Positions 46,040-55,200 of a stretch of 64,000 nt of DNA are shown here, one piece after another. The notes below the pieces were generated by a model, which did no database searches, was not told the DNA's origin, and saw only the letters and a program-made list of their open reading frames with translations. The DNA is taken from assembly GCA_019244165.1 (NCBI GenBank), contig JAFATA010000012.1, positions 22,912-86,911 of the forward strand, written 5' to 3'. Position 1 is the first letter of the stretch. The number at the start of each line of letters is the position of its first letter. Position numbers and translations under genes: made by a program. This DNA is from Pseudonocardiales bacterium. GTDB lineage: Bacteria; Actinomycetota; Actinomycetes; Mycobacteriales; Pseudonocardiaceae.

Positions 46040-46600
46040 ATGACGACCGCTAAGGACGCTAAGGAACTGGCGCACGAGCTGGCCGACCAGATCCCCGCAG
46101 GGTGGGCTGGTGCGATGGGCGCGGTGGATCGGGCGCGTTTCATCCCAGCTCGAATTTGGGTGTACGACGAGCGCGACGAACCGCAGCCGATAGACCGGGA
46201 CACCGACCCGCAACGGTGGTGGCAGGTGGTCGCCTCCGACACGGCAATCATGACTCAGTTTGACAACGATGCCACGGCATGGCCGGACATCACCGGAGAG
46301 CGACCCACCAGCTCGGCCTCCCAGCCTTCCCTGGTGTTGAGCATGCTCGCTGCCCTCGACGTGCACGACGGCCACCGGGTGCTGGAGATCGGCACCGGCA
46401 CCGGATAGCAGGCCGCGCTGCTCGCCGCCCGGCTCGGCGACGACGCCGTGACCACCATCGAGATCGACGCCACGCTAGCCCAGCAGGCCCGCACCAGCCT
46501 GACCGGTGCCGGCCGCTTCCCCACCGTGATCACCGGGGACGGTGCCGCCGGTGGACCTGGCTTGACCACCCCGACCAGCGCGTGGCTCCGGCAGATGTGA
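46040..46600 (+). pseudogene. third PIMT-like methyltransferase, disrupted (in-frame TAG within the SAM motif; truncated C-terminus)
   Basis: It reads ...AKELAHELADQIPAGWAGAMGAVDRARFIP...QPSLVLSMLAALDVHDGHRVLEIGTGTG*QAALLAARLG.... The TAG at 46406-46408 sits where the paralogues have Tyr (GTGYNAALL). The downstream reading decays after ...TVITGDGAAG. Confidence 0.65.
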
Positions 46601-46948
46601 GAAATCCACGATCCCCGGACAGGTCTTGTGATCGCGGGTGAGTCCCAGCACACTAAGGGTGAACACAGGCTCAGCGTGCTACCGCATCCCAAGAATGGCG
46701 TGGGGTTCCTGCGTCGTCGGGGGGCGCAGGAGCACGCTGAGGGGATAACCGTTCGGGAAGCTGGGGAGCGGACGAGCGGTTGATCGGCACCGGGGAACTC
46801 CCTCGGGGGACGGAGGGTCCCCGGTGCCGGTCCCCCGGCGCTGCCCTGCCCCTGGTGGGGCGTACCGTGAGCACCGGGACGGCCGGTGCCGGCCTGCCCG
46901 TCATGCTGCCCTGGACCCTGAAAACCCGCCGAGGACTTTGACTCACGG

Positions 46949-47662
46949 ATGGCGTCTCCCCGGTTTCCCGCCACGCTGCAGCACCTGACCAACCTCGCCC
47001 GGGAGACTCTGCCGCCGATGCACCCGGCAGGAAGGCCGTTCGTGGTCGCCGGGGCGGCCATGGCGCTGCTGCTGAGCAGGCTGTCCCCGACCGCCAGCAC
47101 GCTGGGCGCCCTCGCTACCGCCTGCTGTGCGGCGTTCTTCCGCGAACCGCACCGGGTGCCGCCGCAGGACCCGGGGCTGGCGCTGGCGCCCGCGGACGGG
47201 ACTGTGAGCAGTGTGACGCCCGCCCCGCCGCCCGCGGAGCTGGGTCTGCAGGACCAGATGCGCCCGCGGGTCAGCGTGTTCCTCTCCGTGTTCGACGTGC
47301 ACGTGCAGCGCATCCCGATGGACGGCGTGATCCGACGCGTCACCTACCGCCCCGGTAAGTTCCTCACCGCCGACCTGGACAAGGCCAGCACAGACAACGA
47401 GCGCGCCAGCGTGCTGCTGCACTCCAGCACTGGGCACGAGCTCATCGTGGTCCAGATCGCCGGGCTGGTGGCTCGCCGGATCGTCTGCTCGGTGCGGCCC
47501 GGCGAGCGGGTACAGGCGGGCGCCACCTACGGCCTGATCCGCTTCGGGTCCCGGGTGGACCTCTACCTCCCGCCGGGCAGTTCGGTGCTGGTCCGTCCGG
47601 GGCAGCGCACCGTGGGCGGGGAGACCGCCCTGGCCCGGCTCTCCCCGACCGGGGGGTCCTAA
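46949..47662 (+). CDS. psd: phosphatidylserine decarboxylase (short form)
   Basis: It contains ...FFREPHRVPP...DVHVQRIPMDG...IRFGSRVDLYLP..., with the autocleavage site in the GS of FGSR. It is adjacent to pssA. Confidence 0.9.
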   Translation: MASPRFPATLQHLTNLARETLPPMHPAGRPFVVAGAAMALLLSRLSPTASTLGALATACCAAFFREPHRVPPQDPGLALAPADGTVSSVTPAPPPAELGLQDQMRPRVSVFLSVFDVHVQRIPMDGVIRRVTYRPGKFLTADLDKASTDNERASVLLHSSTGHELIVVQIAGLVARRIVCSVRPGERVQAGATYGLIRFGSRVDLYLPPGSSVLVRPGQRTVGGETALARLSPTGGS

Positions 47663-47665
47663 GCC

Positions 47666-48607
47666 GTGCCCCACGCTGGCGCCGGGGTCCGCCTGCTGCC
47701 CAACGTCATCACCGTGCTGGCGTTGTGCTCGGGCCTGTCCGCGCTGAAGTTCGCCTTGGACGGGAACTACGCTGGTGTACTCGCCGCGATCGGGGTGGCG
47801 GCGCTGCTGGACGCGCTGGATGGCCGGCTGGCCCGGTTGCTCGACGCCACCTCCCGGATCGGCGCCGAACTGGACTCGCTGGCCGACGCCGTGTCCTTCG
47901 GCGTAGCACCAGCGGCTGTGCTGTTCGTCTGGGCGTTGCGAGTCACCCCGACGGGGTGGCCGGTGGCCCTGGTGTTCACGGTCTGCGTGGTGTTGCGCCT
48001 GGCCCGGTTCAACACCCTGCTGGATGACACCGAGGCGCCGCCCTTCGCCAAGGAGTTCTTCGCCGGGATCCCCTCCCCGGCGGGTGCGTTGCTGGCGTTG
48101 TTCCCGCTCACCGTGTTCCTGCAGTTCGGCGCGGGTTGGTGGTCCTCGCCGGCGACCGTGGCGGTCTGGACGGTGACGGTGGCCCTGGCGATGGTGAGCC
48201 GCCTACCCACTCTGTCGATGAAGACGATGCGGGTACCGGCGCGGGCGGTGGCCCCGCTGCTGGTGCTGATCGCCGTGCTGACCGCCGCAGTGATCACCTT
48301 CCCGTTCGCGTCGCTGGGTGCGGCGATGCTGCTGTACCTGATCCACGTGCCCTATGCGAGCTATCGCTACCGGTGGCTGGCTCGGCACCCTTCGGCGTGG
48401 GAGGTCCCGCCTCGCCAGCGCCGGGCGATCCGCCGCACCGCGCGCAGCATGCGCCGCCTCGGGCTGCGTCCCCCGCTGCGCCGGCGAGTGGCTGGTGCCG
48501 CCGCTAGGGCCGGTGCCGCGGTGCGCCGCCGCCGGGCCGGCGAGACCAACGGTCAGGTGCCCCCCGAGCACCGTTCCCGCTGGGTCGGTCTGCGCCGCCG
48601 CCCTTAA
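47666..48607 (+). CDS. pssA: CDP-diacylglycerol--serine O-phosphatidyltransferase with an Arg-rich C-terminal tail
   Basis: The CDP-alcohol phosphatidyltransferase motif is LDALDGRLARLLDATSRIGAELDSLADAVSFGVAP. The protein is polytopic. Confidence 0.9.
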   Translation: MPHAGAGVRLLPNVITVLALCSGLSALKFALDGNYAGVLAAIGVAALLDALDGRLARLLDATSRIGAELDSLADAVSFGVAPAAVLFVWALRVTPTGWPVALVFTVCVVLRLARFNTLLDDTEAPPFAKEFFAGIPSPAGALLALFPLTVFLQFGAGWWSSPATVAVWTVTVALAMVSRLPTLSMKTMRVPARAVAPLLVLIAVLTAAVITFPFASLGAAMLLYLIHVPYASYRYRWLARHPSAWEVPPRQRRAIRRTARSMRRLGLRPPLRRRVAGAAARAGAAVRRRRAGETNGQVPPEHRSRWVGLRRRP

Positions 48608-48608
48608 T
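48546..48608 (+). repeat. pssA 3'-terminal 63 bp (intact copy) duplicated at 49411-49473
   Basis: ccaacggtcaggtgccccccgagcaccgttcccgctgggtcggtctgcgccgccgcccttaat. Confidence 0.85.
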
Positions 48609-48672
48609 CAGGTGGACGGTGCACAAGCATCCACGAGATGTGGTGGTGTGGTGCCCAGCCCTGACCAGTTGG

Positions 48673-49050
48673 CTACACGCAGACCACCGACGCGTCGACC
48701 GCAAGTGCGTCGAGGAGACGTCGCAGGTCTTCGGGATCGCTGGTCAGCACTCGATCGCCCGCCCGGGCCAGCAACGCGACATGCGCGTCGACGACATCGC
48801 AGCTATCGGTGGCGCCGAGCAGCAGGCCCAGGCGTTTCCCGGTGTCCAGATCCAGTGGTGGAGCCGCCACCCCAGCCAGGGTTCGGGCCAAGTGCGCCTG
48901 ACGTGCGCGGTGGCGCCACACCTGCGCCACCGCGGCAGGACTGGTGCGAACCGCGATGCGCTCTTGCTGCGCGACCCGTAGCAACGCACCCACCCGCCGG
49001 TTGCGATGGTCGATCGCCAGCAAGGCGCCCGCATCGAGTACCAAGCTCAC
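48673..49050 (-). CDS. vapC: PIN-domain toxin
   Basis: MSLVLDAGALLAIDHRNRR...VVDAHVALLARAGDRVLTSDPEDL... has the PIN acidic residues in their usual contexts. It overlaps the upstream antitoxin gene by 4 bp. Confidence 0.85.
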   Translation of the reverse strand: MSLVLDAGALLAIDHRNRRVGALLRVAQQERIAVRTSPAAVAQVWRHRARQAHLARTLAGVAAPPLDLDTGKRLGLLLGATDSCDVVDAHVALLARAGDRVLTSDPEDLRRLLDALAVDASVVCV

Positions 49051-49292
49051 GCGGCGTGTCCGCGCGATCCACGGGCGATGCCCAAAGTGGCGGCTGCGGC
49101 GTCGAGTTCCTCGTCACCGAACGGCCCGTCCTCGGCCTCCCAAACGTCGAGAGCCGCGCCGAGCAGATCGTTGCGGAGCCGGTCCGCCGCAGCTTGGGCC
49201 AGCCAACCCGAGACGCTCATGCCGGCCCGCTCGGCCGCATCCCGCACGGCTGCACCGAGATCGGGTTCCATCGTCACGGAAAAGCGGTCCAC
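49047..49292 (-). CDS. vapB: ribbon-helix-helix (CopG-type) antitoxin
   Basis: The GTG at 49292 gives VDRFSVTMEPDLGAAVRDAAERAGMSVSGWLAQAAADRL.... Other possible starts are 49298 and 49271. The track ORF extends to 49436, into the repeat. Confidence 0.7.
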   Translation of the reverse strand: MDRFSVTMEPDLGAAVRDAAERAGMSVSGWLAQAAADRLRNDLLGAALDVWEAEDGPFGDEELDAAAATLGIARGSRGHAA

Positions 49293-49333
49293 CTGCACAC
49301 ATACGATGCTATCACACACGATCGTATGTGCAG
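49293..49333 (-). promoter_or_regulatory. imperfect palindrome directly upstream of vapB (candidate operator)
   Basis: ctgcacacatacgat ... atcgtatgtgcag. The arms are complementary except for one extra AC. Confidence 0.35.
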
Positions 49334-49410
49334 CCAACTCGACACTGAGGCTCTCGCCGATGATGGATAGGGGCTTCGGTGAGGTTGGTGTTGCGGGCGT
49401 GGAGATGGCC

Positions 49411-49473
49411 CCAACGGCCAGGTGCCCCCAGAGCACCGTTCCCGCTAGGTCGGTCTGCGCCGCCGCCTCTAAT
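49411..49473 (+). repeat. decayed direct duplicate of the pssA 3' end
   Basis: ccaacggccaggtgcccccagagcaccgttcccgctaggtcggtctgcgccgccgcctctaat. I counted about 58/63 identical to 48546-48608 by eye. It contains a premature TAG in the pssA reading frame. Confidence 0.85.
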
Positions 49474-49478
49474 TCTGA

Positions 49479-51851
49479 TCACGGGCTCGGGGGGTAGGTC
49501 GCGACCGAGGCATCGGGATTGGCGCCGGAACCGGACGGGTACTGGGCGCACTGGCGCACATAGGGCGTCCCCGCGCCGACGTAGCGGTCCCACTCCTGTT
49601 GCGACAAGTTGCGCCCGACCAGCTCACACGCCCGACGTACCCACGTCGCAGGCGTTGCCCACAGCCGCACGGTTTTATCCTCACTGGCAGCGGCCAGCAG
49701 CGTGCCATCCGGACTGAACGCCACCCCGAAGACCCCGTTGGTATGGCCGATAAGCGGCTGACCGAAGGACGGATGGATGGCGACATTCGAAAACAGCACT
49801 GTGTCATCGAGACTGGTGGTGGCCAGCAATCTGCCGTCGGGACTGAATGCCATCCCCAGGATCGCGTCGGTGTGGCAGCGGAAGGGCTGGCCAACGGGCT
49901 GATGGCTGGCCACATCCCAAAACCGCACCATATCATCGAGACTGGCGCTGGCCAGCAACCTCCCATCCGGACTAAACGCCACACCATAAACCGCGTCGGT
50001 GTGGCCGATCAGCGGTTGACCGAGGGACTGGCGGCTGGCCACATCCCACAACCGCACCGTGTTATCGGCACTGGCGCTGGCCAACAATTTGCCATCCGGA
50101 CTGAACGCCACCCCACCAACCGCGTCGGTGTGGCCGCGGAGAGGCTGGCCAACGGGCTGACGGCTGGCCACATCCCACAACCGCACCGTACGATCATCAC
50201 TAGCGCTGGCCAACAGCTTGCCATCCGGACTGAACGCCACCCCCAGGACCACGTCGGTGTGGCCGCGGAGAGGCTGGCCAACGGGCCGGCGGCTGGCCAC
50301 ATCCCACAACCGCACCGTACGATCAGCGCTAGCCGTAGCCAACAATTTGCCATCCGGACTGAACGCCACGCCCCACACCCTGTCAGTGTGGCCGGTCAGC
50401 GGCTGACCAACGGGCTGACGACTGGCCACATCCCACAACCGCACCGTGTGATCCTCACCGGCACTGGCCAGCAACTTGCCATCCCGACTAAATGCCACCC
50501 CAGGGACCGGGTTGATGTGGCCGACGAGCGGCCGGCCAACGGGCTGACGACTGGCCACATCCCACAACCGCACCGTGTGATCCTCACCGGCACTGGCCAG
50601 CAACTTGCCATCCGGGCTGAACGCCACACCATAAACCGCGTCGGTGTGGCCGACGAGCGGCTGACCGAGCGGCTGACGACTGGCCACATCCCACAACCGC
50701 ACCGTACGATCAGCGCTAGCGGTAGCCAGCAGCCGGCCATCCGGACTAAACGCCACCCCAAAGACCGCGCCGATGTGGCCAATCAGCGGCTGACCGAGCG
50801 GCTGACGACTAGCCACATCCCACAACCGCACCGTACGATCATCACTGGCGCTGGCCAGCAGTTTGCCGTCGGGACTGAACGCCACGGCCCGGACCGCATT
50901 GGTGTGGCCGAGGAGTTGGTGGGAGGGGTGCAGCGGCCGGGATAGTGCCGCTTGCAGGCTGGCCCAGGCTTCCGGGGTGGCAGCGGTGTGCAGGCTTGCC
51001 AGGCTGAGCAATTGCCCAGCGTCAGATCCCGCCATCGTCGTGGCTTGGGCGGCCAGGGCGCGCGAGGTGGCCAGCCGGGTTTCCTGTTGTGCCTGGTTGG
51101 TTTGGGAGGCCGAGTACACGCCGAGGATGCTGGCGACCGCGGCGAGCGCGAGGGCGACGGCGAGCAGGGCGGCCAGTAAGCGGACGCGGCGGCGGTCGCG
51201 GGTCAGGCGTTGGTGTTGGGTGCGATCGCTGAGCCGGATGAACTCAGCCAGCTCGCTGCGCAGCTCGCCGGGCCGCTTGGCCAGCCAGCTGCGGGCCTGT
51301 TCCAGGGCGCTGCCACGCAGCAGCAGCTCCTGATCCCGGTCGGCTTGGCCTGCGGTAGAGGCCACCCAGTGGTCGTGGGCGGTCTCCAAGTCCCCCCGCC
51401 AGGCCAGGAACTCGTAGTCCTCGCTCAGCCACTGGCGAAGCAGCCCCCACTCGCGGATCAACGTTTCGTGGACCAGCTCCACGACCGGCTCACCGCTGAT
51501 CGCATCCCGGCTGGTGACCAGCAGCCTCCGGTCGGCCAACGCGGTGATCACCGCGTCCACCTCGTCCCCGCCCTGCGATGTTCCCGCGGTCTGGACACGG
51601 AGTTGGTCACGGGTGCGCCGTTGCCGGGTCGGGGGGATGTTGGCCGCCTCATCACCCGGCCTGACTAGCGAGGTGACGATCGGGCGCACCAGCGGCTGCT
51701 GAGCTGCGGGCAGTGCCTGGTAGGCCTGGTCACACCAGCGGGCCAGCCCGCCGATGACCCCGCCGATCTGCTCATACGCGCGGTGCGTGAGTCGGCCCTC
51801 CACCCGGCGGTGCCACAACTCCGTCAACGCGAACTCCAGCAGCGGCAGCAC
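49479..51851 (-). CDS. C-terminal part of a STAND protein: helical/winged-helix region, one TM helix, ten WD40 repeats (probably one gene with 51824..53230, split by a frameshift)
   Basis: It starts (V)[15 protein letters not shown]..., the typical continuation of NACHT-like NTPases. The hydrophobic segment is [23 protein letters not shown]. It is followed by 10 units of ...GH(x5)[25 protein letters not shown].... Confidence 0.85.
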   Translation of the reverse strand: MLPLLEFALTELWHRRVEGRLTHRAYEQIGGVIGGLARWCDQAYQALPAAQQPLVRPIVTSLVRPGDEAANIPPTRQRRTRDQLRVQTAGTSQGGDEVDAVITALADRRLLVTSRDAISGEPVVELVHETLIREWGLLRQWLSEDYEFLAWRGDLETAHDHWVASTAGQADRDQELLLRGSALEQARSWLAKRPGELRSELAEFIRLSDRTQHQRLTRDRRRVRLLAALLAVALALAAVASILGVYSASQTNQAQQETRLATSRALAAQATTMAGSDAGQLLSLASLHTAATPEAWASLQAALSRPLHPSHQLLGHTNAVRAVAFSPDGKLLASASDDRTVRLWDVASRQPLGQPLIGHIGAVFGVAFSPDGRLLATASADRTVRLWDVASRQPLGQPLVGHTDAVYGVAFSPDGKLLASAGEDHTVRLWDVASRQPVGRPLVGHINPVPGVAFSRDGKLLASAGEDHTVRLWDVASRQPVGQPLTGHTDRVWGVAFSPDGKLLATASADRTVRLWDVASRRPVGQPLRGHTDVVLGVAFSPDGKLLASASDDRTVRLWDVASRQPVGQPLRGHTDAVGGVAFSPDGKLLASASADNTVRLWDVASRQSLGQPLIGHTDAVYGVAFSPDGRLLASASLDDMVRFWDVASHQPVGQPFRCHTDAILGMAFSPDGRLLATTSLDDTVLFSNVAIHPSFGQPLIGHTNGVFGVAFSPDGTLLAAASEDKTVRLWATPATWVRRACELVGRNLSQQEWDRYVGAGTPYVRQCAQYPSGSGANPDASVATYPPSP
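49653..50918 (-). repeat. tandem array of ten 129-bp (43-codon) WD40 units with high DNA identity
   Basis: Repeated strings such as ggccacatcccacaaccgcaccgt and ccatccggactgaacgccac recur at 129-bp spacing. Confidence 0.85.
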
Positions 51852-53230
51852 CCCGTAATCGCCGCACCCCCAACGGGCGCGGCGAGGGCCGGTGCCGCCG
51901 CGACCGCGTCGCTGGCGATGCGCTCGACCAGCCCAGGCTCCAGCGTCAAGCCAGCGACGGCGGCGGGTTGGTCGATGATGGCCGCCAGTTCCTCAGCGTC
52001 CAAGACCGCGGGGATGTTGACCAGCGCCTGCTCGACCAGCCGCATCAACCCGGGAGCGGCCGCGGCCAGCCGACCGTAGAAATCGTCGCGCAGCCCCACG
52101 ATCACGGTGACGGCCGGCTCCTGCTCGGTCAGCACCGTCAGCTGCGCCAGGAACTCCGTCCGCACCGCCGGTGGGGTGGCGACGAGCAGTTCTTCACACT
52201 GGTCCACCACCAGCAACAGCCGTTCGTGCTCCGGGTGCTGACCAAGCCAGCGGCGGGCCGCCGCGCCCAGCCCGGTGGCGCTCCCGGCCAAGCCGGCCTG
52301 GTCCAGCGCAGCGAACGGGTCGGCTCCCGGTCGGATGCTCAGCCAACCCCAGCCCTCGCTGCCTAGCAGCGCGCCACTAGCCAGGGCCGGCAGCACCCCG
52401 GCGTGCAGCAGCGAGGACTTACCCGCCCCGGAGGGGCCCAACAACGCCAGGAACCGATGCTCGCGACGCAGGCTGGCCAGCACGGTGCGCACCGCACGAT
52501 CACGTCCATAAAACCAGGCGGCGTCCGCGGTGCTGAAGGGTTCCAGCCCCCGGTAAGGGCGGACCTGCGAGACGGCCAGTTCCGCGCAGATGTCCCGCAG
52601 CGTCTCAGTCGGCGTGACGTAGGCACTGGATCGGCCCCGACCGTGCGGATCGGGACTGGAGATCGAGTTCACCATGCCGATCACCAACCCGGTGCGCTCG
52701 TCCAGCACCGGGCCGCCGCTGAAGCCCTCGGTCACCTCCGTGCAGCCGGTCAGCTGCAGCAGCGGGGTGCCGCCATCGCCGTCGATCTGATCTCCAGCCA
52801 CGCCGTAGCCGTAATGCCCCGCACTCGGCGCGTTGACCGGAAAGCCAAACGTCTTGACCTGGTGGCCGCCCACCCCCGGTGAGCCACCCAAGGCCAGTGG
52901 TTGGGCCTGGGCGGGGAGTGGCTGCGCCACGCGGAGGAATGCGACATCAGCGCCATCCGGGCCGCGCCAGTACCGTGGCTCGACCTGACCGGTCCGCCTG
53001 GCACCGTCCAGGTGGGCGAACACCACCGTGATCGGATCATCCGGCGGCTCATCGTGATCGTGATCGGTGAGGATGTGGGCGCAGGTGACCAGCAGCTGTG
53101 GGCCAACCACGAAGCCGGTCCCGGCGGGGCGGCCCGCGGCGTCGAGGATCTGCACGACACTGCGGGTCAGCTCGACCGGCCAGCCGGCTGCGGGGCCCGC
53201 CTGAAGCGGCGGTTCACCCAGCCGCGTCAT
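51824..53230 (-). CDS. N-terminal part of a STAND protein: trypsin-like serine protease domain plus P-loop NTPase (Walker A/B)
   Basis: The protease triad contexts are [17 protein letters not shown] and [11 protein letters not shown]. Walker A is [13 protein letters not shown] and Walker B is [11 protein letters not shown]. The ORF ends in the out-of-frame tail ...[12 protein letters not shown]. Confidence 0.85.
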   Translation of the reverse strand: MTRLGEPPLQAGPAAGWPVELTRSVVQILDAAGRPAGTGFVVGPQLLVTCAHILTDHDHDEPPDDPITVVFAHLDGARRTGQVEPRYWRGPDGADVAFLRVAQPLPAQAQPLALGGSPGVGGHQVKTFGFPVNAPSAGHYGYGVAGDQIDGDGGTPLLQLTGCTEVTEGFSGGPVLDERTGLVIGMVNSISSPDPHGRGRSSAYVTPTETLRDICAELAVSQVRPYRGLEPFSTADAAWFYGRDRAVRTVLASLRREHRFLALLGPSGAGKSSLLHAGVLPALASGALLGSEGWGWLSIRPGADPFAALDQAGLAGSATGLGAAARRWLGQHPEHERLLLVVDQCEELLVATPPAVRTEFLAQLTVLTEQEPAVTVIVGLRDDFYGRLAAAAPGLMRLVEQALVNIPAVLDAEELAAIIDQPAAVAGLTLEPGLVERIASDAVAAAPALAAPVGGAAITGCCRCWSSR

Positions 53231-53540
53231 CGCCTTGTTCCCAGCGCAGCGTGACCTTCAGGTGGCACTCGCCCGCAGTTTTGACAATGGCCGCCCCCGC
53301 TTCGGCGGTGAGCAGCAGCCCGAACTCCACCGTGATCTCGTTGGATCGGGCCTGGCGCAGCTTCGTCAGGATGGACTGCGCCGCCGGGGCCACCGAGTCC
53401 AAGGCAGCTTCCAAGGAATGCGTCGCCGTGCCGATGACCCCTCCGGCCCGGCGCGCCTTGACCACACCGGCCTGGGCATGGTCCATCTCAACCACGATCT
53501 CACCGCCGTCATCCAGCGGCACCGCCACTAACTCCGCCAT
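53214..53540 (-). CDS. small Trypco1-like (trypsin-co-occurring domain, CU044_2847-like) protein
   Basis: ATG at 53540: MAELVAVPLDDGGEIVVEMD...VKARRAGGVIG...SLEAALDSVAPAAQSILTKL...EITVEFGLLLTAEAGAAIVKTAGECHLKVTLRW. It overlaps the protease-STAND start by 17 nt. The family assignment is from memory. Confidence 0.6.
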   Translation of the reverse strand: MAELVAVPLDDGGEIVVEMDHAQAGVVKARRAGGVIGTATHSLEAALDSVAPAAQSILTKLRQARSNEITVEFGLLLTAEAGAAIVKTAGECHLKVTLRWEQGDDAAG

Positions 53541-53635
53541 CGCACCGCCCACCCTCAGCAGCCGCCCAGACACAAGGTGCCCTGTCCTAACAGAGTTGAG
53601 GCAAACCCACCGTGATACCCCTCCGGTTACCCTGG

Positions 53636-53684
53636 CCAGGAAAGATCGAGATCGACGGGCTGGTCGTAATCAAGACCGGGCACG
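53636..53684 (-). repeat. decayed duplicate of the fabV-like gene's 3' end
   Basis: ccaggaaagatcgagatcgacgggctggtcgtaatcaagaccgggcacg aligns with 55645-55693, ccatgcaaggtccggatcgacgggctggtcgtaatcaacaccgggcacg. It encodes ...VPGLDYDQPVDLDLSWPG* against the genuine ...VPGVDYDQPVDPDLAWPFVG*. Confidence 0.75.
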
Positions 53685-53922
53685 CAGTCGGCGCCCCCGT
53701 TCGGCCAGCATGAGGTTTCTCCTTGACGCCAGCCTCTCCCGCGGGTCGCCGCTCGACTTTGTGACGGCGGCTCCGAGTCCTTGGTCAGGATCGTGGAACC
53801 CGTATCGCCAGCACTTAGTGGTCGGCGCTGCAAGTCCGTCGGGGGTCGCTATCGGGATTGTCGGATACCCGGTTGAGTGGTAAGACACGATCCACTCCGA
53901 GGCCACTGATGGGGGTGATCGT

Positions 53923-55200
53923 TTAGCAGCGGAGGGGGTTGTGAAGTGGTCTGCGGTCGGGGTCAATGATCACTGGGGGGATGAATTCGACGTAGCCCGG
54001 GCGGATCAGGATCTCCCACCCGGTCTGATGCACGTGGCGGTGATGGGTCTCGCATAACAGGACGCAGTTGTCGATGCTGGTCGCACCGCCGTCGGCCCAG
54101 TGCTGCGCGTGGTAGCTCTGGCACAATCCCGGCGGCCGGTCGCACCCAGGGAAAGCGCATCCCCCGTCCCGTGCCACGAGTGCGCGGCGCAGGGACAGCG
54201 GGATGGTCCGCATCGCCCGCCCGACGTCCAGCGGTTCCGATACCCCGCCCAACACGACGGGAATGATTTTCGCGTCACAAGCCCAGCGTCGGGCCTCAGC
54301 GGCGCTCAGATGCGTCCCGTAGTCCAGGGTCGCGGCCCCGAGGCCGGTGCGCAGAGCCTCCCAGGGGAGGGTGAGGGTCAGGTGTGGGGGTTCCCCAGCG
54401 GTGGCGGGGCAGTCTTGCGCAGCGCGGGCCAGCCCGCAAACTTCCGTCAGCGCATCAGCGTTGCGCTGCGGGGCGGTACGCGGATCAAGGATCCCCTCGC
54501 TGGCCGGGCAGGGTGCGGCGAATTGTTCAATCAGGGAACGAAACGCGGCACCGTGTTCAGGTTCGAGGAATCCTTCCAGCCCCAGCCGCCCATCACGGCG
54601 TTCCCGCCACCGCAGCTCCCCCGCCGCTGCGGCGGGCTCGGGCTCCTCCCGGGGCTTCGGACCGTCCTGATCGAAGTGCGCGAGGATGTGCCGCCCGATC
54701 TTGTGCAGCGACGCCGGGTTAAACGAGCGGGCATAGCGGGCCAGATCAGCCTCGGCAGCCTCGCGCTGCTCCACACTCACCGAGGCAGGGATCGCGCTCA
54801 TCGTCTCGGCGATCACCCGAACCTGCCCCACCCCGATCTCCCCTGCCGCCAACGCCGCAGCAGTCTTCGGCAGCGCTGGCGCGAGCACCTCACCACTCAA
54901 GGTGCGCCGCGCGGTCAGTTGCGCGGCGTGCATGACCCGGGTACCGGCCTCGGTGGCCGAGAGCTGCAGCATCCCCGCCAGCAGCCGTTTCGTACTGCCG
55001 AACCCGCTGGTGGCCGCGATATTGCGGAACTCCAGCTCCGCAACGGCATCCAGCATCACCGCATGCAGCATCCGCGAAACTGCTTCGACGTCCCGAATCT
55101 GATCCGGCAATCCGGCGTCACCACACTCGACGATCGACTGCCGCCACTGCTCCAGGCAGACGACCATCGCCTGCCTGGGATCCAGCCGCGTCTCGATCAC
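53923..55200 (-). CDS. HNH endonuclease with an N-terminal DUF222 domain (REP13E12-type element protein)
   Basis: 425 aa. The C-terminal HNH motif is CAFPGCDRPPGLCQSYHAQHWADGGATSIDNCVLLCETHHRHVHQTGW. Confidence 0.9.
   Translation of the reverse strand: MIETRLDPRQAMVVCLEQWRQSIVECGDAGLPDQIRDVEAVSRMLHAVMLDAVAELEFRNIAATSGFGSTKRLLAGMLQLSATEAGTRVMHAAQLTARRTLSGEVLAPALPKTAAALAAGEIGVGQVRVIAETMSAIPASVSVEQREAAEADLARYARSFNPASLHKIGRHILAHFDQDGPKPREEPEPAAAAGELRWRERRDGRLGLEGFLEPEHGAAFRSLIEQFAAPCPASEGILDPRTAPQRNADALTEVCGLARAAQDCPATAGEPPHLTLTLPWEALRTGLGAATLDYGTHLSAAEARRWACDAKIIPVVLGGVSEPLDVGRAMRTIPLSLRRALVARDGGCAFPGCDRPPGLCQSYHAQHWADGGATSIDNCVLLCETHHRHVHQTGWEILIRPGYVEFIPPVIIDPDRRPLHNPLRC

Noticed and set aside
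46255-47343. 362-aa minus-strand ORF
   Set aside because: It is antisense to psd and to the methyltransferase pseudogene. The translation is Arg/Ser/Gly/Pro-rich with no motifs.
49653-50918. Regularly spaced repeats that could be mistaken for a CRISPR array
   Set aside because: The period is 129 bp with no repeat/spacer alternation. The whole region is one open reading frame encoding WD40 units.
49599-50945. 448-aa plus-strand ORF with its own internal periodicity
   Set aside because: It is the antisense reading of the WD40 repeat array. The periodicity is inherited from the real minus-strand repeats.
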